From Spirogloea muscicola (lineage: Eukaryota): 34,465 bases of DNA. Positions within the stretch are counted from its first letter, which is position 1. Every line of letters starts with the position of its first letter. Made by a program: the position numbers and the translations under genes. The notes under the pieces are model-generated. The model did not search any database, had not been told where the DNA came from, and saw only the letters and a list, made by a program, of their open reading frames with translations. The stretch is taken from NCBI GenBank assembly GCA_009602725.1, contig WELB01000018.1:65686-100150 (forward strand). The letters are read 5' to 3'. This document shows positions 22,728-32,100 of the stretch, one piece after another.

Positions 22728-24252
22728 ATGGCGTGTGCAGCGGCCATCAGTGTCGCCATCCTCCTCGCGGCGGCGCTCGCGCCCGGCGCGAGCGCCTGGT
22801 ACGTCAGCGGCCGCGTGTTCTGCGACGTGTGCCACGACGGGCGCTTCGACGCGGGCAGCGGCGATGCGCCGGCCGCCAACTCGACGGTGGAGGTGTTCTG
22901 CATCCGCGGCAATGCGACGAGCGGGCGCTTCAGCGGCGCCACCAACGAGCTGGGCGCCTTCGACTTCGAGTTCCGGGCTGGCAACGTCAAGGACCCGGCC
23001 TTCGGCGGCTGCTATTTGCACCTCCTGCCGGGCCCCCCGGGAAGCTCCTGCTCCATGGTGGGGCCCTGCAACAACGGGGAGCTTGGCAAGCTCATCGTCA
23101 ACGAGACTACGGGCGACTACCGCGTCGTCGCAGGCCACCATTACCCAGTCGGCGACTTCTGCCTCGAGCCGCAGACGCTTCCGTCGGCCTGCCCAGTGGG
23201 ACCCGGCGGCAAGGGCGATCCTCACTTCCACGGTGCCGACGGCGTCAACTTCGACTTCACAGGTGAGCCCGCTGCCGTGTGTCAATCTCGTGGCCTTGTG
23301 CTCAAGGACTGCATGGAGGACGCAGAAGCTTTCTCCCACTTAATGTGTTCCAAGTCCTCGCTGCCTGCCGCCCTCATTCCGCCTCGTGTTTTCGAGCTGC
23401 CTCTTTCTCGTCACCCTGCTGCTATGGTTCAGCATGCGGTACTGCTACTCGTCTTGGCCAAGCGTGACGGGACGTCTGGATGAGCTTTCTGCGCAGGCAA
23501 GCCCGGCCGGGACTACTGCCTGCTCAGTGACAAGCGGCTGCACATTAACACACGCTTCGAAGGCCGGGAAGACGGTGGCAACACATACACCTGGATGAAG
23601 CAGCTTGCCATACCTCTCCGGTCACCACTCTGTCGTCCTTGTTGCCAGGGACTCCCCCAACAGCGAACGTGGCAATGGTTACCTACAGGGTATGGCAGTT
23701 GACGATGCTGAGCTGAAGCTGGACATCGGGTCCACTTTTGCAACAGCGGACGGGGTGCTGTCAGGGCGCTATCTCGACCACGGTTTGGACGGTGACGACG
23801 ACATTGACCGCTATGAGGTTCGCATCGCCAGCGTAGCCGAGCTCCTGCTGAAGCTCCGACCAGAGGTGCCGTTCTTGCGTACGTCCCAGGACTCATACAT
23901 CCACTTCTCGTTGGAGCTCCTCTCCGTGCCCGGTCTCTCGAACGACACACATGGCGTGCTTGGCCAGTCCTTCCGGCCTGGACAGAAGAGCCGCACGTTT
24001 TCATACACCAAGGAGTGGAGCCCCGTTCTCCAAGTCTGGCAGGTAGCAGGGCTCAACGGCGATGGTTACTTGGAGGGCACGCCTGATGACTATGTCGTGT
24101 CCGGCATCCTCAAAGCCGACTGTAAGTATGCACGCTTTGACGCTGGCGCCTGGGTAGGCCCTGCGGTCCTGCCTGCGGCTGTCGCCAATGCTGCAGACGC
24201 GCATGATGCAGCGAAGGCGGCTTATAGAAGGCTTGGGATGTTTGTCCGGTGA
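22728..24252 (+). CDS. Secreted Pollen Ole e 1-like + root-cap/LEA-related (VWD-like, GDPH) protein; apparent +1 frameshift at 23613-23614
   Basis: Exon 1 (22728-23262) has a signal peptide, VSGRVFCDVC..VEVFC..TNELGAF..C (Ole e 1 pattern) and GDPHFHGADGVNFDFTG. Exon 2 (23497-24252) has KPGRDYCLLSDKRLHINTRF..TWMKQLAI, then after removing one C, LSGHHSVVL..HFSLELLSVPGLSNDTHGVLGQSFRP..LEGTPDDYVVSGILKADCKYARF (root-cap family motifs). Confidence 0.8.
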
Positions 24253-25207
24253 ACTCAACCCACTGCTTCGCGCTTGGATTTCTCATCAATTCCTCCAGAT
24301 TTTTCCATGAGGAGACTCATTCACACGAGTACTTCTAGCACTTGTAGCACCTTCTCATTCTACATTCTATGGTATAGGCCTTGCTGCACATATGACATTC
24401 CTCATGAATCCTGCATGCTGGTAGTCGAGCTTCGGTTGCATAATCCTAGGTTGACAATCACCCCTAGCATTGCCTCACTTTAGCTTTGCCGAGATGCTTG
24501 GATATGCCCATATTAAGCGGGAATTAATGCCAGCAGAAAGGGCTTGCACGCGAGCCCGCTGCTTGCTTCCAGTTACACAATCCGCTTGGTCATGACAAAA
24601 TTAGCTTCACTGCGGGTAACTCCCGTCTGACAGCACCCTGATCAAGGACTCACTTATTCTGATGTAAATCAGTGCCCATGGCCAGATTGCATTGGCACTC
24701 ACACACCTGTGTACTTTCAGCAAGCAGCCTGCTGAATGGTTTGATCATTGTACAGCAGTGTCATGATGGCGACTTTAGCTGTTCTTCTTGTCCTTGACAC
24801 TCAGCGTCCCAACACTCCGTCAAATTGTGTCTGCTCATTGCTGAAATGCCACGATAATTCACCAGCATTGACTTTGTTTGTAATATCAGCCCTGTACTTA
24901 TGAGCACTTGCCAGTAAGCCCCTAGTACACCATATTGTCCAAGGTTGCCCTTGTTAGAACGTATCTGCTTCAATTGGTAGCCACTGCATGTCTGCCTTAT
25001 CATTTATCACTTGGCAAGCCACAGGCCGGCTTTCCACAGGCTTGCCACCTTCAAACTGGAAAACTGCGTCTACTTTAGAGTCCCTACCCATCATGAAGTA
25101 TATGCTCATACTAATGAAAGCTGTTGGGCCGGCTAGCTTGAGTTAGTCAATGGCAGCCAATTGCTGCAGCCGCATGATTACCTTAGCACGCAGGCTCTAT
25201 GTTAATC

Positions 25208-26848
25208 TCAAGTCCTTGCCATTGTGCTGGCATTTGCCAGATCCAAGCATGACGACTTAAGCGAGGATGTCACCCTGCCAAACCCCCGCAGCATGCTGAA
25301 ATAGTGTCTGGCAACCGTGCCACCATCAGCTGTCAGAGAATCTACAGCAATCTTCCCATGGCCATACTCAGAACTGGAGCTGTGAACATACAGTATGACC
25401 TCGTTGTTGTTGCACGCATCCTTGCCACTGCATTTAGCTCTGTTGGGTGCTGCTTCCGGTAGGGAGACTTGGATCGGTGCAGGCTCGGCAGCTTGAGGAC
25501 CCCGCTCTATTGCGCTGCACAGGCCCACGTGCGTCGCCTTCCCTCGGCCAAAGAAGATCTAGAAATGCCAATAGGGGAAGTGCATGTCGACATGCCTCAC
25601 TCGCCAGCTAGCTCCAGCAAGCTCCAGCAAGCAAGGTAAGAACCCTTGCTAGCTGTCCGGTTGGAATCCGGCAAGGCCTTACTTAGATTCAAGAAACGTC
25701 GTCATGCTTATGCAGTGCAAATGCAGGACTCCACACTGATCCTCGCCCGCCGCCAAGCGAAGCTTTGCAGGACAAGCAGGACCCTGATGCATTTGGCTCA
25801 CCAGATCCCCAGGCTGGACATCTTGCCTCGCCACGGGGTCAAGAAACGCTTCCTGCCACCACGAGGCCTCCATCTAAGACAAACACTTAGCTGGAACATG
25901 CACCTTCCTGATGGCTTGGCTGTGGCCCCCGCGGTTGCGAGTACAGATCTCCTGACCATGCCAGTAACCAGCCAGCTACTTTCCTCCGTCTCTCTACACC
26001 TGCTTTGTTCCTCAGTCCCTCCCGTCTCAGGCCCTCTCCTGGGGCCCCAATCCTTCTGATCTCCGAGAAGTGGTGTGACACGGTAGCCAGGCCACTCACC
26101 TGCTGATAAGCATCCCTGGGGATCCAGACCCCAGCGGAAGCGAACGCCCGTTGCACTGCACACTCCGAGAGATCATGCGGCAGTCTTCATAATGCGACGA
26201 TCGGTCAACACGTCGTCATGGCTGAAATTGCAGTGGCTGACAACTTGGTCTGACGCCGGAGCCTTGTCATAAGAAGCCCAACAAGAGAGTCTGCTTGCTC
26301 GGCGACCTGGGCGCCCGTGAGCCCGTGTTGCAAAGTTTGGCGACGAGCGCAGCAAAGTGAGTACGGCGGGAGCGCCACAAGCGAAGGAGCGGGGGCCGGG
26401 AGCCTTACTGAGGCCGCTGCAGTCATAGTCAGGGCCCACAGTGCCGCCCCACAGGTAGAGGTTGCGGGTCGCCAGGGCCGCCAGCGCGAAGAGAAGGGCG
26501 GCCTGGCGGGCAGAGCCCGCCGCCAGGCCCTCGCCGTCGGCGGCCGGCTCCTCGCAGCCGTCAGGCGTGGGGCGCAGGCCCGCGGCGGCGGCCTCCTGGG
26601 TGATCCAGCCCGGGTAGCCATCCTCGCACAGGAGGACTGAGACGGCGCCGCCGCCGCCATGGCTGCGCAAGCGGGATCTGCCGTCAGCCGAGACGTCTGC
26701 GCCGCCGCTGCTGCGGCCAGGGGCCAGCACGACGCCCGCTGAGCCTGCGCTGAGCGCTGAGCCAGTCGCCGCACCTGGCCGGGGAGGGGGAGGGCGGCGG
26801 CGAGGGGGCAAGGAGGCGGCGGCCGCGCCAGGCCTGCGTGGCGAGCGC
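25208..26848 (-). CDS. Cyanobacterial-type SH3b + NlpC/P60 (C40) peptidoglycan endopeptidase; 5' end lost in the gap
   Basis: Exons >26848-26775, 26662-26409, 26155-26100, 25852-25802, 25558-25208 are phase-consistent GT-AG. They give ALATQAWRGRRLL..VLLCEDGYPGWI..YLWGGTVGPDYDCSGLMQRAFASAGVWIPRDAYQQEAF..PGDLIFFGRGKATHVGL..YVHSS..YFSMLRGFGRV. The Cys-His-His triad is intact. Confidence 0.9.
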
Positions 26849-27319
26849 NNNNNNNNNNNNNNNNNNNNNNNNNNNNNNNNNNNNNNNNNNNNNNNNNNNN
26901 NNNNNNNNNNNNNNNNNNNNNNNNNNNNNNNNNNNNNNNNNNNNNNNNNNNNNNNNNNNNNNNNNNNNNNNNNNNNNNNNNNNNNNNNNNNNNNNNNNNN
27001 NNNNNNNNNNNNNNNNNNNNNNNNNNNNNNNNNNNNNNNNNNNNNNNNNNNNNNNNNNNNNNNNNNNNNNNNNNNNNNNNNNNNNNNNNNNNNNNNNNNN
27101 NNNNNNNNNNNNNNNNNNNNNNNNNNNNNNNNNNNNNNNNNNNNNNNNNNNNNNNNNNNNNNNNNNNNNNNNNNNNNNNNNNNNNNNNNNNNNNNNNNNN
27201 NNNNNNNNNNNNNNNNNNNNNNNNNNNNNNNNNNNNNNNNNNNNNNNNNNNNNNNNNNNNNNNNNNNNNNNNNNNNNNNNNNNNNNNNNNNNNNNNNNNN
27301 NNNNNNNNNNNNNNNNNNN
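26849..27319. other. Assembly gap (471 N) hiding the start codons and shared promoter of the NlpC/P60 gene and HCF164
   Basis: Run of N flanked by very GC-rich coding sequence reading away from the gap on both sides. Confidence 0.95.
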
Positions 27320-28837
27320 CGCGCACCGCAGAGGCCGGCTTCCTGGGGCCCGACGCGCGCCCGCCATCGCCCTTCCTCGGCCTGTGCCACTTGCCGCAGG
27401 AGCCGCTGCGCTCGCAGGCGCCCGGCGGCGCTCAGGGAGGCCGCCGGCGGAGCGGCACTCGGCGCAGCCCGCGCCGGAGACGCGCGGAGGAGGGGCCCGC
27501 CGCCGGCGGCGGCCGGGGAGGACACCGGCGCGACGGCAGAGACGGACGGGGCTCAGCACGGCGAGGTACTGGGCGCCGCCCGCGCCAGGCCCCACCGCGA
27601 CGGCTCCTCCGCCAGCGCCGATCACCCTGTGCCCTGTTGCTGGAGCTCGCACCCCGCCCACGTCGCCTCCGCGGTGCCGGCGCGCCAATGCTGAGGGGCT
27701 CTAACGCTGAGCGGCCGCTCGATTCCCACGTGATGACTTTGCTGGTGCATTGATCGCGGGCACCATTTCGGTTGCAGGCCGCACAGCCGGCGTGCCACAC
27801 CGAGCCTTCTGGCGTGGACTCATCGGCGTCGGCAGCCAGTGCCGGAGTAGAAGACGACCAGAGCAGCGGCCGCCGGGGCCTCGCCGTGGCGTCTGTTGCG
27901 GCTGCTGTTGGGCTCTTCCTCAGTACGAGGCTGGCGGCACCCACCGCCACGCTCGCCTCGCTGGCCGTGCAGGCCACCCCATACGACGAGGTCCCGTCTC
28001 CTCCAGCAATTCCCCTTCCCTACCCCGGCTCAGCCAAAGCCCTGCACCTGGCCCTCAGCAGCTAAATTGATGTGGCGGCACCCACCACCTGCTCTTGTGT
28101 TGAGAGTTTATAAGGGACTTGACCGTCAGCTGTCCCGGAGGAAGCGTAAGCTTTGCCGGCACGCACTTGTTATGAATCACCCATGCTTCTCGGTCGTTGG
28201 TGGCCAGCAGCACAGCTACGGGAAGCTTTGCCCGGTCCAGCTCTGGTTCCTGACTAGTGAGCACTATGCAGGCGCTGGCGAACGGGCGCCCTACCGTGGT
28301 TGAGTTTTACGCCGACTGGTGCGAGGTCTGCAAGGAGATGGCCCGCGAGGTTGGCAGCGCCGAGGAGGAGTACAGGTCGGTGCACCTGTGCTTGCTGCAA
28401 CAATTTCCTTCCCACCTTGCGGTGCGGCTATTGCTGCCAGCGCCTCTTTGCTTGCTGTACAGCTTGCTGTGCCAGTAGCTACAAGATGATTGTCTGTAGC
28501 GTGAACCTCGTCTGAGCTGCAGGCAGTTCCTTTTGCACCGGCAACATGCAGGGACCGCGTGAACTTCGTGATGCTCAACGTGGACAATGCCAAGTGGGAC
28601 GCGGAGCTTGACGAGTTTGGTGTGGAGGGCATTCCCCACTTTGCATTCCTTGACGCCAAGGGCGACGAGCAGGGCTACGTGGTTGGTCGCCTCCCACGCT
28701 CAGTGCTGAATGACAATTTGGCGGCCATGGCACGTGGCGATGCCAAGCTGCCCCACTCACAGGTCGTCGGGAGCTTCTCCTCGGCCGGCAGCCGCCAGCA
28801 GGTGCCAAATGTTAGCCCCAGGAGCCATGGCAAGTGA
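27320..28837 (+). CDS. HCF164: Thylakoid thioredoxin-like protein HCF164 (TxlA homologue); 5' end in the gap
   Basis: Exons <27320-27565 (Arg/Ala/Ser-rich transit-like), 27778-27990 (TM segment [19 protein letters not shown]), 28272-28375 ([24 protein letters not shown]) and 28552-28837 ([39 protein letters not shown]). Confidence 0.93.
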
Positions 28838-29141
28838 ATCGTTCATTGACTCTCGATTGACTCTGCCTTTGAAGAAGAGCCACATTGTGGAGGATCTTTC
28901 AGATCAGCAATGGCATCTATTCCACTCCCAGAATCAAATTACTCTCAACTCCTTCTGAACTTGCAGTAGCAAGGCCAGAAATATCTGCTCCAGATTGTGT
29001 CAGCGTTTTGCCTGCTGTGGCCGTTGGCGCCCCTGTGCACAGGCTGTAGAGCTGTCCAACGACTTTGCCCAGATGAAGTCTTCCCCATACCAGCGCATTC
29101 TTAATCAGCTGTATTCTCAAGAAAGCTGAGTTGACAAGCAA

Positions 29142-32100
29142 TCACAGTGGTCTTGCTGCCACCAACATTGAGTCTCTTGGGCGCTGTCCCACACGACGTG
29201 TGCCTGATGTGCCTTCTTTGCGGAGCTTCTTGCTGCCGACATTCTTGGCCAGCTTGGACTGCTTGAGCCGCTTCCCGCTCTTGAACACAGCTAGGATCTC
29301 CATGCTGCAGCCAAGGATAGAAGAGGCTGCACATCAGAATTTACTTCAGTACTCGAGTAGGATACAGCTAATGGCGTGCAGTTGTCTGCAGTCAGGGAGT
29401 CAAGGACCTGTCAGTGCCCGGAAAAAAGTGAAAGGCCCTGGCATTGTCGAGGTGCCAGGCGCCGCCGGCTGTCAGCAGCTCGCAGTCCTGCGCAAGCCCA
29501 ATGTTACTGTCAGTATAAGCCCTCGATACGACTGCCACAAGCAAGCTCCACACTGCAGTCGTGCTTCTAGCCATGCCGAGGAACAGCGACGTTGATCTCA
29601 ACCACTTAACACTCAATCGCACATGAGGATGCATCTCAATTGCTCTACGCCCAGGCAATTGAATAACAACCAAGCCTCCAAACAGGACTGGGCCAATAAC
29701 CTACTACCCCACTACCACGTGTCCTCTAACATGTTAACACTACCAGCAAAATGCCAATGGCACTTCGTTACCCGCCGAAAGGCCTGGAACCCACAGCTGA
29801 CATAGATCAGAGTGGAGGGCCAGATGTCTCCCCACTCGTGGTCATCGCTGGCCCCAGCAGCGACCCGAGACCTGTCCGCTCTGATCATCCACGGCCTCTT
29901 TTCCACCCTGAATCATAGTGAAAAAACAGGCGTGAGCATATGGAGGTGTGGGTGGGTAGGCCAACTGGAGACAGGGTCTCTTTACCTATCTAGTCAGTTG
30001 TTCGACAAGAGAAATAATCTAGTCAACAGGACGCTCTGTCAATGTGAATGGATGTGTGGAAACACAAGCCTCTTCTCAACAAAATGAAGCTTCCTGACTG
30101 GGATGCTGCTGACATATCTCAGCCAAGTAGATTATGCAACATAAAATACACATTTCCTGTTGGATACCTGACACGTATTCAGCACTGACATGAGCACTAG
30201 TAATGACCAATCACGCCAAAGTGAGTCCCGCGCTCATGACTCACTTTTCCTTTGCCAGAGGGGATGGGATCTTTGCTTTCCCCAGCCCTCGGATAGCAGC
30301 CAGGCGCAGAGCGTCAACAACTGCTGCATCCAGCCCTTTCCGAGGAGGGTCCACCACGACGACCTCTGCGCCTTCCAGCCACTTCATGGGAGCCTGGATG
30401 GGGATGAAGCAGACATAAGTTAGAGTTGGAGTAGCACGATGAGGTATGGTAGACATGGTATGCACCAATTTGATATGCAGTCACTGTTAGCGTGAATGCC
30501 TCTGCATGCAAGCTACTTAACCAGCCTGTTGCAAGAATGTGCACTTCTCTGAAGTTCCTCACCACAGCAACGTCCGCACAGTGCCAGCTGACATCAATGG
30601 AGGTTGACGGAGGTAACCGTCCAAGCGAGAGCTCGAATGGAGCCTGTGCTAGCTTGTTTACCTCCACGCACCTAACGCGCCTGCTTTGCAAGCTCAACGT
30701 TAGGTTCAAGGGTGCAACAGCGAAAGCCCTGGAGCTATTTAAGTATGCGACTTTATGTAAATATTGAGACTTAGACTTGCACAAGCTGTGTGGAAGATAT
30801 TGAAATGGGTGCAAATACCTGCATGTGCGCGAGACAGCAAGGCTGAGGCCAATTGCTCCAACTCCTGCATAAAGCTCGGTAACAGAACTCTCTCGAGGAA
30901 CACTCCTTTGCAGCCTACGTAAAAGAGCCTCAAATGCCTGCACATAATTTGCGTCTGTGAGGAACATCTCAGACTGCAAGCTCAAAAGTAATGGGGAACT
31001 CACAGCCTACTTGCAAGCATTGGAGTCATCACAACAAGAGAAGCTCAGAATGTAAGCTCACTCAAACAACCTCACGAGCTTATACTACTTAGCATCACTT
31101 GAAGATATCCACCGTGCCTGCAGCTCATGTCTACACATAGTACCTGGTAGTTGGCCTGGCCAAAGCTTCCAGGGGTGAAGCAGACATCGGCTCCGCCGAC
31201 TTGCTCCCAGAACTCTGTCGCGCCCTTCAGATGCCTCCATCTGCCCCCAAGAATGACCTGGCCGCCCAAGACTCCCACAAGCACTTAGCATCAGAGACCG
31301 TTCGCACCGAGAGACGTTACAGGGGTAACAAGCGGTGCAGGCGCTGCAGCAGTCTTGCGACGCACATTGCTCTTGCTGGTCTGGAAGTTGGCCCAGACAG
31401 AGTGCAGAAGGGGCCGCCGACTCCTTGGGCCGCCAGCTCTCCACAGAGCCTGCAAAAGTATGTGTGATTGGCTTCTTACCAGGTAACTGTGTTGCAAGTC
31501 ACAGCAGCGTCAAGCAAGTAGAAGATGCTTGACATGATAGTTACAACCCCTATTGCGAAATCAACAAGAGCTCTCAATACTGAGTGAAGGACATCATCAG
31601 GCACTAGTATACAGAGCTATTCGTAAGCTTCCTAGTATTCTCTGTCCATGCAATAACTGCTATTGGCCACTTGCCAGAGGGAGGGTGCATTCCCTCTCTA
31701 TCATTCGTCAAGGCTGCATAGTAACCATCCTGTACGCACGTGAACACACCTCTGCGGCGGGAAGGAGAGTCTCAGCCTCTGGAGCTTTCTCATCGCGCGC
31801 ATTCCAAACAAGTGAAACCTGGACCTTCCCTGCTACCGTGAATGACGATCGGCAATGGCAACAATCAAGAAATTGCAGACAAGTAGCTGCTTCTCAACTT
31901 GCTTTCCAAATACACCTCCATTTGATGTCAAGCTGACAGAATATTTCCAGCTGATGATCTATGGAAGGACTTTGCAGGAGATGCAGGTCATGAAGAGAGG
32001 CGTAAGTTTGCATGATAAGTCATGCTAGCTCAGGTCAACCTAGCTAGCCCGATGGACCTCGCCCGATGGACCTCCCAGGTAATCAAAGTGTGAAACTGAT

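Noticed and set aside
26663..26774. Apparent frameshift between LATQAWRGR and LCEDGYPGW in the NlpC/P60 gene
   Set aside because: It is resolved by a 112-nt GT-AG intron with a GCTGAC branch-like motif that restores the frame.
26173..27704. Long ORFs spanning the N run (26173..27525, 26205..27326, 26684..27688, 26838..27704)
   Set aside because: They are artefacts of translating through Ns. The two sides belong to different, divergent genes.
32047..32074. Perfect 14-bp tandem duplication gcccgatggacctc x2 (also gctccagcaa x2 at 25611-25630)
   Set aside because: These are isolated intronic micro-duplications with no spacers or array structure, so they are not CRISPR-like.
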